A DNA stretch of 59,229 nucleotides from Pseudomonadales bacterium (GCA_040235395.1 JBECKS010000178.1:1-59229), one strand, 5' to 3'; counted from the first letter of the stretch, positions 1 through 17,374 are shown. Numbers and translations are program-made. Notes: generated from the sequence alone by a model not told the origin.

Positions 1-201
1 CTGGTGATTTGCGATCTCTGTCATCACGAACAGAGCTGGGCAAAAGAGGCCTGCGGTGATTTATGGCTAGGCTTTGAAGAAAGTGAACTGATTGGCTGGG
101 CAAAACAGGCTGGTCTTAAACATTTGCAAAGTAGTTTTTTACCCTTGCGAAACGGTTTCCAGATACTTTTCTGTAGTTTTCAACAAAATAATCCTATTTA
201 A
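1..201 (+). CDS. sahR: C-terminal end of an ArsR-family/SAM-methyltransferase-fold regulator (SahR-like), 5' truncated by the window
   Basis: The frame is open from base 1. '[22 protein letters not shown]...LRNGFQI' resembles the C-terminus of the ArsR-methyltransferase regulator found directly upstream of metK in pseudomonads. Confidence 0.75.
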   Translation: MVICDLCHHEQSWAKEACGDLWLGFEESELIGWAKQAGLKHLQSSFLPLRNGFQILFCSFQQNNPI

Positions 202-229
202 ATTTACTTTAACTTTTACGAGAAAAATC

Positions 230-1390
230 ATGAGCGAATATTCCATCTTTACTTCCGAATCCGTGTCTGAAGGACATCCAGATAAAATGGCTGACCAGAT
301 TTCAGATGCTGTTGTTGATGCCATCATGCGTGATGATCCGCACGCACGTATCGCCGTTGAAACATTGGTGAAAACGGGTATGGCTGTGATTGCTGGTGAA
401 GTACGCACCTCTACTTACGTTGACCTGGAAGATATTGTTCGCGATGTCATTTGCGAGATTGGTTACGATTCTTCTGACATTGGTTTTGATGGCAATACCT
501 GTGCGGTATTGAATGCCATCGGAAAACAATCAGGTGATATTGCACAGGGTGTTGATGAAGGTGAGAAAAAAGAATTAGGTGCTGGCGATCAGGGTTTGAT
601 GTTTGGTTATGCAACTAATGAGACCAAAACACTCATGCCTGCTGCCATTTACTATTCACATCGTTTAGTTGAAAAACAGGCGCAACTTCGTAAGAACAAA
701 AAACTTCCATGGCTTCGCCCTGATGCAAAAAGCCAGGTGACATTACGTTATGAAAATGGCAAACCCGTTGCTGTTGAAGCCGTTGTGCTTTCTACACAGC
801 ATGCACCCGATATTTCACAGAAAAAATTAAAGGAAGCAGTATTAGAAGAAATCATTAAGCCCGTATTACCAAAAGAATGGTTACACAAAAAAACCAAATT
901 CCACATTAACCCAACAGGAAAGTTTGTGATTGGTGGCCCAATGGGTGATTGTGGATTAACCGGAAGAAAAATCATTGTGGATACTTACGGTGGTGCAGCG
1001 CGTCACGGTGGCGGTGCTTTTTCTGGCAAAGACTGTACTAAAGTGGATCGCTCTGCTGCCTATGCAGCACGTTACGTTGCCAAGAACATTGTAGCGGCAA
1101 AACTAGCCTCACGTTGTGAAGTTCAGGTGTCTTATGCCATTGGTGTTGCTGAACCCACTTCCATTTCCATCAACACCTTTGGAACGGGCAAAGTGAGTGA
1201 TGAAAAAATTTCCCAATTAGTAAGCAAGCATTTTGATTTGCGCCCTCGCGGCATTATTGAAATGCTGGATTTACGTCGTCCTATTTATCAAAAAACGGCT
1301 GCCTATGGTCACTTCGGACGCAACGATAAGGATTTCACCTGGGAAGCTACCGATAAAGCAGCTGCACTTAAAGCAGATGCCGGGCTTTAA
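230..1390 (+). CDS. metK: S-adenosylmethionine synthetase
   Basis: Motifs [19 protein letters not shown] and GGGAFSGKD. Start moved to ATG 230 ([11 protein letters not shown]). Confidence 0.98.
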   Translation: MSEYSIFTSESVSEGHPDKMADQISDAVVDAIMRDDPHARIAVETLVKTGMAVIAGEVRTSTYVDLEDIVRDVICEIGYDSSDIGFDGNTCAVLNAIGKQSGDIAQGVDEGEKKELGAGDQGLMFGYATNETKTLMPAAIYYSHRLVEKQAQLRKNKKLPWLRPDAKSQVTLRYENGKPVAVEAVVLSTQHAPDISQKKLKEAVLEEIIKPVLPKEWLHKKTKFHINPTGKFVIGGPMGDCGLTGRKIIVDTYGGAARHGGGAFSGKDCTKVDRSAAYAARYVAKNIVAAKLASRCEVQVSYAIGVAEPTSISINTFGTGKVSDEKISQLVSKHFDLRPRGIIEMLDLRRPIYQKTAAYGHFGRNDKDFTWEATDKAAALKADAGL

Positions 1391-1425
1391 CATATTTTTT
1401 AACGAACACTTAACAAGAGAACATT

Positions 1426-2820
1426 ATGAACGCTAAAGCAAAAAAGTTTACTGATTATAAAATTGCCGATATCAAGCTCGCCGAGTGGGGCCGCAAGGAA
1501 ATTACTATTGCTGAATCTGAAATGCCTGCACTGATGGCGCTTCGCAAAAAATATAAAAAAGAACAACCCCTGAAAGGCGCGCGAATCATGGGCTGTATTC
1601 ACATGACCATTCAAACAGCAGTATTGATTGAAACACTTGTGGATTTAGGCGCTGAAGTACGTTGGTCTTCCTGTAATATTTTTTCAACTCAGGATCATGC
1701 AGCAGCAGCCATTGCGGCTGTCGGCATTCCTGTATTTGCATGGAAGGGAGAAACCGAAGAGGAATTTTTGTGGTGTATTGAACAAACCATCCTAGACAAA
1801 AAAGACAGTAAAAAGGTCTGGAGTGCCAACATGATTCTCGATGACGGTGGCGACTTAACGGAAATGGTTCATAAAAAATACCCAGCGATGCTCGACAAGA
1901 TTCACGGTATTTCTGAAGAAACCACCACCGGAGTTCATCGTTTAATGGAAATGCTTGAACAAGGCACATTGAAAGTTCCATGCATCAACGTAAATGATTC
2001 TGTAACCAAATCTAAAAACGATAATAAATATGGTTGCCGACACTCTCTGAATGATGCTGTGAAGCGCGCTACCGATCATTTACTTTCTGGCAAAAAAGCG
2101 CTGGTTATTGGTTATGGCGATGTGGGTAAAGGCTCAGCTCAATCACTTCGCCAGGAAGGCATGGTGGTTAAAATCTCTGAAATTGATCCTATATGCGCAA
2201 TGCAAGCCTGTATGGATGGTTATGAAGTGGTATCGCCTTACTTAAATGGCGACAACACGGGTAAATTAAATTCCATCAACAAGGAATTGCTAGCCAATAC
2301 TGATTTACTGGTAACCACCACAGGTAATACCAATGTGTGTGATGCCAACATGTTACAAAGTCTGAAATCGGGTGCAGTAGTGTGCAACATTGGCCATTTT
2401 GATAATGAAATCGATACTGCATATATGAGAAAGAATTGGGAATGGCTAGAAGTTAAACCGCAAGTTCATCAGGTTTTCAGAAATAAAAAGAAAAATGATT
2501 TCCTGATTCTGTTATCTGAAGGTCGTTTAGTGAATTTAGGAAATGCTACGGGTCACCCTTCACGTATTATGGATGGCTCTTTTGCTAACCAAGTACTTGC
2601 GCAAATGTATTTATGGGAAAGAAAGTTTGCAGATTTAATGGAAGGCGAAAAGAAAGATTCGCTCTACGTTAAAGTGCTACCCAAAAAACTGGATGAAGAA
2701 GTAGCTGCTGAAATGGTGAAGGGTTTTGGCGGAGTATTAACCAAACTCACTTCTCAACAAGCAAAATACATTAATGTGAAAGTGGACGGACCTTACAAAC
2801 CTGAAAGTTACAAATACTAA
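1426..2820 (+). CDS. ahcY: Adenosylhomocysteinase (SAH hydrolase)
   Basis: Motifs [36 protein letters not shown] and NLGNATGHP. Confidence 0.98.
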   Translation: MNAKAKKFTDYKIADIKLAEWGRKEITIAESEMPALMALRKKYKKEQPLKGARIMGCIHMTIQTAVLIETLVDLGAEVRWSSCNIFSTQDHAAAAIAAVGIPVFAWKGETEEEFLWCIEQTILDKKDSKKVWSANMILDDGGDLTEMVHKKYPAMLDKIHGISEETTTGVHRLMEMLEQGTLKVPCINVNDSVTKSKNDNKYGCRHSLNDAVKRATDHLLSGKKALVIGYGDVGKGSAQSLRQEGMVVKISEIDPICAMQACMDGYEVVSPYLNGDNTGKLNSINKELLANTDLLVTTTGNTNVCDANMLQSLKSGAVVCNIGHFDNEIDTAYMRKNWEWLEVKPQVHQVFRNKKKNDFLILLSEGRLVNLGNATGHPSRIMDGSFANQVLAQMYLWERKFADLMEGEKKDSLYVKVLPKKLDEEVAAEMVKGFGGVLTKLTSQQAKYINVKVDGPYKPESYKY

Positions 2821-2945
2821 GGCACGATTGCTATTTTATCCTCTGTTTTTGTTAAAAGCGTACTCGATTAGTCGTTTATTACTTATAAACTCCTTCTCTG
2901 TGTGCGCCTTTGCCTCAACAGATAATAAAATTTAAGCTCGTGCTA
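2818..2945. repeat. ERIC-like palindromic intergenic element, copy 1 (degenerate)
   Basis: Imperfect terminal inverted repeats (GCACGA..ATTTTAT..TCTGTT and AACAGA..ATAAAAT..TCGTGC). The central hairpin TCG-TTTAT-tactt-ATAAA-CTCC followed by CGCCTT has the same layout as the element at 3826-3961. Confidence 0.6.
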
Positions 2946-2998
2946 ATGTTTTAAATTAATGCTATTGAAATTAACTTTAATTTTTTAGAAGTTAACTT

Positions 2999-3823
2999 AT
3001 GAAAACAAATATCAGTTTTGAATTTTTTCCACCAAAAACCGATAAAGGTCGAGAAAACCTGAAGCCGGTTTATGAAAAACTTGCCACAAGGTCTCCAGAA
3101 TATTTTTCGGTGACCTATGGCGCAGGTGGTTCAACTAAAGACAGAACCATGGAAACGGTGCTGGAGTTAAATGCAGCAGGGCTTGCCGTTGCTCCTCATC
3201 TTTCTTTTGGTATTGATGGTGAAGAGGAAATTGAAAAGCTATTAGTGACTTATAAAGAAAAAGGCATTAATCGACTGGTTGCGTTGCGTGGCGATATTCC
3301 TGAGCATCTTAATCGTTCAGATTATAAATATTTTGCCGGTGACCTTATTGAATTTATTCGTGATAAAACCGGTGATCATTTTCACATTGAAGTGGCTTGC
3401 TACCCTGAAATTCATCCTGAATCCACTTCCTTTGAAAGTGATTTGAAGTTTTTTAAACAGAAAATAGATCGTGGTGCCAACAGCGCTATCACACAATATT
3501 TTTATAATTCTGATAGTTATTTTTATTATGTCGATGCCTGTCAAAAGGCCGGCATCGATATTCCTATTGTTCCTGGCATCATGCCCATCACCAATTATGA
3601 AAACCTTGTTCGTTTCTCTGATGCCTGTGGTGCAGAAATTCCTCGATGGATACGTAAACGCCTTGAGGCTTTTGGTGATGATATAGACGGCATAAAGGAA
3701 TTTGGTGCTGATGCTGTAAGTCGTTTGTGCCAACGCTTACTAGATGGTGGCGCTCCAGGTTTACACTTCTATACCATGAATCAAAGCAAGGCTACGCTGG
3801 ATATTCTGGATAGACTGAAATAA
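2999..3823 (+). CDS. metF: 5,10-methylenetetrahydrofolate reductase
   Basis: Motifs SFEFFPPK, SVTYGAGGS, ALRGD, ITQYFY and PGLHFYTMN. Confidence 0.97.
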   Translation: MKTNISFEFFPPKTDKGRENLKPVYEKLATRSPEYFSVTYGAGGSTKDRTMETVLELNAAGLAVAPHLSFGIDGEEEIEKLLVTYKEKGINRLVALRGDIPEHLNRSDYKYFAGDLIEFIRDKTGDHFHIEVACYPEIHPESTSFESDLKFFKQKIDRGANSAITQYFYNSDSYFYYVDACQKAGIDIPIVPGIMPITNYENLVRFSDACGAEIPRWIRKRLEAFGDDIDGIKEFGADAVSRLCQRLLDGGAPGLHFYTMNQSKATLDILDRLK

Positions 3824-3825
3824 TC

Positions 3826-3961
3826 TAGGTAAGAATAGCTAGCTGCGTTGCCTTAACTTCGTTGAAAATGATCTCAAAATGCTCATTTACTTCGTGTAAA
3901 CTCCGCTTCTTCGACCATTTTCGCCTTGTTAAGCCTGCCTCGCTAACCCTATTCTTATCTG
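3826..3961. repeat. ERIC-like palindromic intergenic element (putative MITE), copy 2
   Basis: Termini AGGTAAGAATAG / CTATTCTTATCT (11 of 12 complementary), nested stems TTAAC/GTTAA and GAAAATG/CATTTTC, and a core TCA-TTTAC-ttcgt-GTAAA-CTCC followed by CGCCTT. Confidence 0.7.
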
Positions 3962-3997
3962 TGAAATTCCTTTTTATTTTTATTTGAAATTAGCTCT

Positions 3998-4723
3998 ATG
4001 CGCATACCTCGTATTTATCAGGATAGCTCTCTTGAAGTGAAGCAAAGCCTTCAGCTCGATGAGCGCGCATGCAAACATCTTATTCAGGTATTACGTTTTG
4101 AAAAAGACAGGGAAATCATTCTGTTTAACGGCTTGGGCGGTGAATATCGTGCTCGCCTTTCTTCTGTTTCAAAACGAGAAGCTCATGTTGATATTCTTGA
4201 GTTCATCAATATTGACAGGGAATCATCTTTCAAAATTCATCTAGCGCAATGTGTATCAAAAGGTGATCGCTTCGAATTTGCCTTGCAAAAAGCGGTTGAA
4301 CTGGGCGTTTCAAGCATTACGCCTGTCTTCAGTAAACGCTCTCAACTTAAAATCAATCATGAACGTAAGGACAAGAAATTTACGCACTGGAATAAAATCA
4401 TGTTAAGTGCCAGTGAACAGTCTGGTAGAACCCAGCTTACCCACTTAAATGACCCTGTAAATTTTTATGAGTTCATCGCGCTGGAGCATCAAGGAAGCAA
4501 AATGATATTGCACCCCGAGGCTGAAACGCCCATTTCCAGTATTTCTGCTAGTGGTGAATACACTTTATTAATTGGGCCCGAAGGTGGATTTGAAGACGAG
4601 GAAATTACACTGGCTGAAAAGTCTGGCTATAAAACCTTAAGGCTTGGAAAACAGGTTCTTCGAACAGAAACAGCACCACTTGCCGCCATCGCTGCTCTGA
4701 ATTTTCTTGAAAAGGAATTTTAG
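3998..4723 (+). CDS. rsmE: 16S rRNA m3U1498 methyltransferase
   Basis: Motifs QKAVELGV, IGPEGGF and LGKQVLRTETA. Confidence 0.96.
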   Translation: MRIPRIYQDSSLEVKQSLQLDERACKHLIQVLRFEKDREIILFNGLGGEYRARLSSVSKREAHVDILEFINIDRESSFKIHLAQCVSKGDRFEFALQKAVELGVSSITPVFSKRSQLKINHERKDKKFTHWNKIMLSASEQSGRTQLTHLNDPVNFYEFIALEHQGSKMILHPEAETPISSISASGEYTLLIGPEGGFEDEEITLAEKSGYKTLRLGKQVLRTETAPLAAIAALNFLEKEF

Positions 4724-4727
4724 GATT

Positions 4728-5183
4728 TTATAGGTTGGCAGTTGAAAGCAGTTTTTCAATGGCTTCAAGGTTGGGAATAATACAAGACTCACCATTTATC
4801 TGAACACGCATTTTTTCAAAGGCATTCTTGATAGCTTCATCTTCAGAAATTTCAGGCTCAACCACCCTCACTAATCGCGGAATTCCGCTAATCGTTACGC
4901 CATAAAAGCGTTTGTCATAATTTTCACTGATTGTGTTAAAGATCGCGATTCGCTTTCCCTGTGGTATTTCGCCTTCTAATTCACCAATTAATTTCTCAAA
5001 AGAAAAACAAGGCAGGGTCAAATCTCGCCACAACACGTCGCCTACCACCCACTCTGGCGCACCGTCGTGAGTTTGAGTGGTTGCGTAAGGAACAATCTCT
5101 GCAACACAGGAGTTAGGAACAAGAATATTTCGACCTTCGAGGGGAACTATCAAACTTGCGACTTGATCTGGCATTGCTGACAT
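4728..5183 (-). CDS. chpC: CheW-like adaptor ChpC
   Basis: CheW fold ('LVPNSCVAEI', 'WVVGDVLWRDLTLPCFSFE'); last gene of the chp operon. Confidence 0.85.
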   Translation of the reverse strand: MSAMPDQVASLIVPLEGRNILVPNSCVAEIVPYATTQTHDGAPEWVVGDVLWRDLTLPCFSFEKLIGELEGEIPQGKRIAIFNTISENYDKRFYGVTISGIPRLVRVVEPEISEDEAIKNAFEKMRVQINGESCIIPNLEAIEKLLSTANL

Positions 5184-5185
5184 AA

Positions 5186-5212
5186 TTTTCTCTCTTTTCT
5201 CTCTTTTCTCTC
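5186..5212. repeat. Perfect 9-bp tandem repeat (TTTTCTCTC)x3 over the chpC ribosome-binding region
   Basis: Read directly from the sequence; on the minus strand it is (GAGAGAAAA)x3 followed by TT-ATG. Confidence 0.9.
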
Positions 5213-5232
5213 AATATACCTTTATATCTTCA

Positions 5233-6279
5233 CTACGCGTTTTCTTTCAGGTATTGCATAAGTTTAGCAGCTAATTGTTGCGGTGAACCATTATAAGTCA
5301 CATGGCCACTTTCTCGACAGGAGTCTGGTTGTGAACTGTTTGCACAGGTTTCAGCTGTCTGTGCCCAGATTGTTCCACCCACCGACGACATATGCTCTGC
5401 TGCTGCCTTACTATCATCTCCCATACCACTAAAAATGATGGCGCCACTTCGTGGCCCGTACTGCTCTGCCACAATTCTCATCACCTGATTGATGGATGGA
5501 CTGTAAATACCTTCCCAATCTTCTTCTGTTCGACACACATGCCGGGTCACATCCAGTCGAATGGCATTGTTAGCTGGCGCAATAAGTATCTGCCCGTGCT
5601 TTAACTGAATGCGATCAAACTCTTTTATTAATTCAAAATGATTGTTTCGTCCTAATACCTGACCTAGCAAAGCCTGAAAGCCTTCATCAATATGTTGAGC
5701 CAGAATAAACGCAATCGGCAAATCGGGTTCCAGAGCATCTAGAAATAGTTTTACTGCAGCAGGACCACCAAGTGAAGCGCCCAATACCCAAACTCTCTGT
5801 GCCAAAGGCCCTGTGCTGGCAACTTTTGGCGGGGCATCTTTTTCAATGGGTTTCGCTTGATCATTAACAATGCTTTTCAGATTTGCCTGAATTTGCTCGA
5901 ACCTTGCCTGAACAACACTTTCCGGTACTTCAAGAGAACCCAGATCCATCAGGTTTGAAATCTTGTTCAATAAACGCTTTTGCCAACGTGGATATTTACC
6001 GCTGTAAGTAGGCGGTGCATTTCCATCACTAAACATCAAGGTTGCTGGAGACTCTTCAATAATACGGTCGATGAAATCATCCCATTTGTTCTGCTCAACC
6101 AGGTCGATAATCCATAACTGAATATCTTCCGATGCAAAAAGTGATTCATCAAAATGGCCAGGCGTTGCTGTTTTATGAACCCTGAACCCTAAAGCGAGCA
6201 ATGCGCTTTTTATAATATGCAGCTGCTCATTTTTATCTGTAATGATACCAATACGAATTTTCGACAAGTCTGCAGCCAT
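5233..6279 (-). CDS. chpB: CheB-type methylesterase ChpB
   Basis: Catalytic motifs GASLGG, AQHI and SGMGDD; degenerate N-terminal receiver-like region; operon position. Confidence 0.9.
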   Translation of the reverse strand: MAADLSKIRIGIITDKNEQLHIIKSALLALGFRVHKTATPGHFDESLFASEDIQLWIIDLVEQNKWDDFIDRIIEESPATLMFSDGNAPPTYSGKYPRWQKRLLNKISNLMDLGSLEVPESVVQARFEQIQANLKSIVNDQAKPIEKDAPPKVASTGPLAQRVWVLGASLGGPAAVKLFLDALEPDLPIAFILAQHIDEGFQALLGQVLGRNNHFELIKEFDRIQLKHGQILIAPANNAIRLDVTRHVCRTEEDWEGIYSPSINQVMRIVAEQYGPRSGAIIFSGMGDDSKAAAEHMSSVGGTIWAQTAETCANSSQPDSCRESGHVTYNGSPQQLAAKLMQYLKENA

Positions 6280-6296
6280 AATATCAGTCGCTATAT

Positions 6297-13304
<7,008 letters not shown>

Positions 13305-13344
13305 GCTATGGTTCCTGAGAACAATGTTCTCTTTCTAGTTATTC

Positions 13345-14202
13345 TTATATGTTTCTGGTAAACGCTAATACATCAGGCGCTTTAACCCGTTTCATACCTG
13401 CCGGACACCAATCAGTAATATCACCCAAACCCAGCACCATCAAACCACCTGGTTCTATGCTTTCCGCAAGGCTTTGAACAATTTCATGCTTTCTTTCTTT
13501 CTGGAAATAAATCAGAACATTCTGACAGAAAAGAACGTCTACTTTGTCTATTGGCGCATCACTCAAATCTAACAAGTTGACACGTGCGAAACATATTTTA
13601 TCTTTATTATGTTGCTTTACTTGAAAACGATCTTTTTCTACTTCATCAAACATCATGCTCATTTGCGCTTCAGTTAAACCCGCGAGTCGCTTTGAGGAAT
13701 ATTTCCCCGCTCTGGCTGTCGCTAAAGACGGCAAACTAATGTCAGTAGCCATAATTCCATAAAACAATTCGATGTTAAGCTCGCTAATCAACTCTTCAAT
13801 TAAAATTGCCAGTGAATAGGGCTCTTCTCCCGTTGAACAGCCAACACTCCATATGCTGATAGATCGTTTTTCCTTGGCTCGATTAAGCATTAAACGTTTA
13901 AGATAATTTCTTACCAGATTAAAAGACTCTGGATGTCTGAAGAAATGTGTTTCATGAACAGTAAGACGATCAATTAGCACGGCCCATTCAACTTTGCCCG
14001 ACATGCCTGATGAAAGCTGTTGAAAATAATCATCGTAGCTTGGGCAATCAATCTCACGCATACGAATTGATAAGCTGCTTTGTAGAAATGTCTTACGGTG
14101 ATCAGGTAGTAGCATGCCTGTCTTTTCTTCAACCAGCACTTTCCATTGCTGGAAATCGCTCTCGCTCATTTCCTGAGATGATTGAAGTGACCATTTTTTC
14201 AT
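13345..14202 (-). CDS. pilK: CheR-type methyltransferase PilK
   Basis: Motifs LTVHETHFFR, WSVGCSTGEEPYS and FCQNVLIYF. Start is ATG 14202 or GTG 14217. Confidence 0.93.
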   Translation of the reverse strand: MKKWSLQSSQEMSESDFQQWKVLVEEKTGMLLPDHRKTFLQSSLSIRMREIDCPSYDDYFQQLSSGMSGKVEWAVLIDRLTVHETHFFRHPESFNLVRNYLKRLMLNRAKEKRSISIWSVGCSTGEEPYSLAILIEELISELNIELFYGIMATDISLPSLATARAGKYSSKRLAGLTEAQMSMMFDEVEKDRFQVKQHNKDKICFARVNLLDLSDAPIDKVDVLFCQNVLIYFQKERKHEIVQSLAESIEPGGLMVLGLGDITDWCPAGMKRVKAPDVLAFTRNI

Positions 14203-14283
14203 GTTTGCTAAATTCACCCGTCACACCTATAACAAGTTAGTGACATCAGAAAAGACATAATGTCGATTCGTGAATTGCTACGA

Positions 14284-16296
14284 CTAACCTGGAAGTTTGA
14301 AACCCGCAACAGAGCTGCGCATTTGAGCAGCAAGTTCTGCCAGGTTTCCAATTGATTTCGCAGTTGCTGATGTACCTGCAGATGTCTGCGAGGTAATTTC
14401 CTGAATCACGTTCATCGTGTTGGAAATATGACCCGCTGACGCTGCCTGCTGTCTTGCTGCGTTAGAAATGTTCTGAATCAGATCCGCAAGAGTTGTTGAT
14501 ACGTTTTCGATTTCTTCCAGAGACACACCCGCGTCCTCTGCAAGCCTTGCTCCTTTTACCACCTCTGTTGTGGTGTTCTCCATGGAGATTACCGCTTCGT
14601 TGGTATCCGTTTGAATCGTTTTTACCAGCGCCTCAATCTGTTTCGTTGCCGCCGATGCACGTTCCGCAAGTCGCTGAACCTCGTCCGCAACCACCGCGAA
14701 ACCACGTCCCGCGTCTCCAGCCATTGACGCCTGAATCGCTGCGTTAAGTGCCAGAATGTTCGTTTGGTCCGCAATATCGTTAATCAAGGATACGATATCT
14801 CCAATCTCCTGAGATGATTCACCCAATCGCTTAATACGCTTGGAAGTATCCTGAATCTGCTCACGAATAGTATCCATACCTTTGATTGTATTCTGTACCA
14901 CTTCCGCGCCCTTGTTGGCGATTTCCACCGAGCGCTGCGCTACCTGAGATGACTCTGCTGCGTTCGCAGATACCTGGTCAATGGACACCGCCATTTCGTT
15001 TACCGCCGCTGATGCTCCCGCAATTTCCTGCGCCTGGTGCTCAGACGCTTCAGCAAGATGCATCGCCGTTGCCTGCGTTTCCTGTGCCGCTGAAGACACT
15101 TCTACCGCACTTTGATTAATTGACGATACCAGTTCACGCATCTGGTCAATGGAGTAGTTAATTGAGTCTGCAATCGCTCCAGTAAAATCTTCCGTTACCG
15201 TTGCCTGCACAGTGAGGTCACCATCCGCCAAATCACCCAACTCATCAAGCAAACGCATAATCGCCTGCTGGTTATGAACGTTTTCTTCTTCTACAAACAC
15301 TCGTCGATTTTTTGCATCAAGAATATATAAGAAACCAAATGCACCACCGCTAATTACTGTTAACACAATTAAAATAATTCCAAGTGGCGAAGAAGGAATA
15401 AAGGTAGCTGTGGTTTTTGTAACCAGGTTAGTGTTCAAGTTTGTGCTCTCTTCTAACAACCGCTGAGAACTTTTGAAAATCTGAGATGCCGCCACACCCA
15501 CCGCAGCGATTTGATCTGAATTTTCAAGTGCAAGATCGAGATTCTCTTTGATTGCAGAAAAACTTTTTTCAACTTTTACTAATTGCACTCTGGCTTGCGG
15601 GTCAGAAACCCTATCAATACCAATTCCACTGTCACCACGAATAAAACCAGCATTGACTCTAGCAAAACGGGCAATATCACTTTGAAGTTGATTAACAACT
15701 TCAACCGCATTGCTTGTTCCAGACAGTACATTGGTAGACCCCGCCGCAATACGCTCAGCACGCCAGATTTGCTTTTGTGCCTCGGCAACCTGAGAAGGCG
15801 ATGAACCACTCTTGATGAGCTCACTAACAATGACATCATAGGCACCTTGGTATTCTGGCAAACTTGCCTTGAATGCATCAGAAGCCTCACGAAATTCGAT
15901 AACTGCATCTTCGTTATCAATAATCGACTTAACGAGTTTTTCAACATCTGTCCAAGCAACATGAAGGTTTGTTAAATCTGTCGCCGAAAAAACCGAGGAA
16001 CCACCATCACCATTTTTTAGAAGATCAAAACGTGTCGTAAAACCTTTTTTGTTTGACTCTAAAGAGGAAAACGCCGCTTCATTACCTTGCGCTGATTCTG
16101 AAGCATTCTTTGCTATACCCTGAGCGAGCACCCTAAGCTCTAAGGTATGCAAACCATATTTGGCATTTTTTTCATTCACTGTGCTTAGCCAAATGAAATT
16201 CAAAACTGTCAAAGTGAAGAACAATACTAGTAGGATTAAGGCGTAATTCGCTCTCTTGTTAAAAACACCTTTCAGATATTCTAGAAACTCATTCAT
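14284..16296 (-). CDS. pilJ: Methyl-accepting chemoreceptor PilJ
   Basis: Two transmembrane segments, the PilJ-type '[18 protein letters not shown]' and the MCP hairpin '[30 protein letters not shown]'. Confidence 0.96.
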   Translation of the reverse strand: MNEFLEYLKGVFNKRANYALILLVLFFTLTVLNFIWLSTVNEKNAKYGLHTLELRVLAQGIAKNASESAQGNEAAFSSLESNKKGFTTRFDLLKNGDGGSSVFSATDLTNLHVAWTDVEKLVKSIIDNEDAVIEFREASDAFKASLPEYQGAYDVIVSELIKSGSSPSQVAEAQKQIWRAERIAAGSTNVLSGTSNAVEVVNQLQSDIARFARVNAGFIRGDSGIGIDRVSDPQARVQLVKVEKSFSAIKENLDLALENSDQIAAVGVAASQIFKSSQRLLEESTNLNTNLVTKTTATFIPSSPLGIILIVLTVISGGAFGFLYILDAKNRRVFVEEENVHNQQAIMRLLDELGDLADGDLTVQATVTEDFTGAIADSINYSIDQMRELVSSINQSAVEVSSAAQETQATAMHLAEASEHQAQEIAGASAAVNEMAVSIDQVSANAAESSQVAQRSVEIANKGAEVVQNTIKGMDTIREQIQDTSKRIKRLGESSQEIGDIVSLINDIADQTNILALNAAIQASMAGDAGRGFAVVADEVQRLAERASAATKQIEALVKTIQTDTNEAVISMENTTTEVVKGARLAEDAGVSLEEIENVSTTLADLIQNISNAARQQAASAGHISNTMNVIQEITSQTSAGTSATAKSIGNLAELAAQMRSSVAGFKLPG

Positions 16297-16351
16297 GCTC
16301 TGGCTCCTGGCCTAATCTTTATTATTTTTACCAATCTATATTTTTACGGAT

Positions 16352-16885
16352 TTATACAGAGGCATGTAGAAACTGCGGATCTTCCGCAAGTTCGAACAAC
16401 TTGAATACATGCCATGCTTGTTCATCTTTCTGATAAGCACCTTCCAGGAAGGGGTCTACCAGCTCACCACAACTTTCAGCATCACCTGAAAAACTATCTG
16501 CTTCAAAATGCTGCATGCCAAATACTTCATCTACCAGTAAACCGCTATACATATCGCCCTTATCAACAACAATAACGCGTCGACTGGTTTCCCTTTCCTT
16601 TCTAGCAGTTTGCAGGAAACTACTCAGGTCCATGATGGGTAATAAACGCCCCCTAACATTTGCAATGCCTTTCACCCAAGACTTCACGCCGGGAACCAAG
16701 GTGAAGGACGGCACTTCTATCACCTCAGATACTTCATGAATGGGTGCAACATATCGGGTCTCACCCATTCGAAAACCGATGCCACTCCAAGTCGACCGCA
16801 ACTGCTTGTTAGCAGGAAGTGCAGCCGCATTTCGTTTGCTTGAATTATCGAGCTCTACCAATATGGAGTAGGCTTGTGCACTCAT
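16352..16885 (-). CDS. pilI: CheW-like adaptor PilI
   Basis: 'WSGIGFRMG', 'VPGVKSWVKGIANVRGRLLPIMDL' and 'GLLVDEVFGMQHF'. Confidence 0.93.
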   Translation of the reverse strand: MSAQAYSILVELDNSSKRNAAALPANKQLRSTWSGIGFRMGETRYVAPIHEVSEVIEVPSFTLVPGVKSWVKGIANVRGRLLPIMDLSSFLQTARKERETSRRVIVVDKGDMYSGLLVDEVFGMQHFEADSFSGDAESCGELVDPFLEGAYQKDEQAWHVFKLFELAEDPQFLHASV

Positions 16886-16938
16886 GATTTCTTTGTTTTA
16901 TTTTTTATTATCAGTTTTGTTGCGTTTTATATCTTCTC

Positions 16939-17325
16939 TCAAGATGCTTTTGCATGTTGCTTGATTGCGCCAAGCAGCTCTTCTTTACTAAAAGGTTTTG
17001 TTAAATATTCATCAGAACCGACGATACGACCTTTGGCCTTATCAAATAAACCATCCTTACTGGAAAGCATGATTACCGGTGTTTCTTTGAAGGTGCTGTT
17101 GTTCTTAATCAACGCACAGGCCTGATAACCATCAAGGCGAGGCATCATGATATCGATGAAAATGATATCTGGTTTGGTGTCAGCAATCTTAGCCAACGCG
17201 TCAAAACCATCCACAGCGGTTATCACTTCACAACCCGCTTTTTTCAACAATGTTTCAGCCGTTCGACGAATAGTCTTACTATCGTCGATGATCATCACTT
17301 TTAGGTTTTCGAAATTGTCATCCAT
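16939..17325 (-). CDS. pilG: Single-domain response regulator PilG
   Basis: PilG signatures 'IDDSKTIRRTAETLL', 'DIMMPRLDGYQACALIK' and 'LSSKDGLFDKAKGRIVGS'. Confidence 0.97.
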   Translation of the reverse strand: MDDNFENLKVMIIDDSKTIRRTAETLLKKAGCEVITAVDGFDALAKIADTKPDIIFIDIMMPRLDGYQACALIKNNSTFKETPVIMLSSKDGLFDKAKGRIVGSDEYLTKPFSKEELLGAIKQHAKAS

Positions 17326-17356
17326 CGGAATGCCTTAGCTTAAGATGTTAGTGGAA

Positions 17357-17374
17357 CTTTATTGTTATTGTTTT
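17357..17374 (-). promoter_or_regulatory. A-rich AACAATAA motif (candidate Hfq/Crc CA motif) in the pilG leader
   Basis: The minus strand reads AAAACAATAACAATAAAG about 30-50 nt upstream of the pilG ATG. Confidence 0.45.

Noticed and set aside
92-229. N-terminal extension of MetK in the ORF track (similar extensions for metX, rpoH, ftsY, coaBC and smrA)
   Set aside because: These come from taking the most upstream alternative start codon; family homology and SD-like sequences point to the downstream ATGs.
1391-1425. SAH or SAM riboswitch before ahcY or metF
   Set aside because: The gap before ahcY is only 35 nt, and I see no SAH-riboswitch core there or upstream of metF.
14540-15120. Locally higher GC inside pilJ
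   Set aside because: It coincides with the Ala-rich conserved MCP signalling domain, and there are no boundaries or repeats suggesting transfer.
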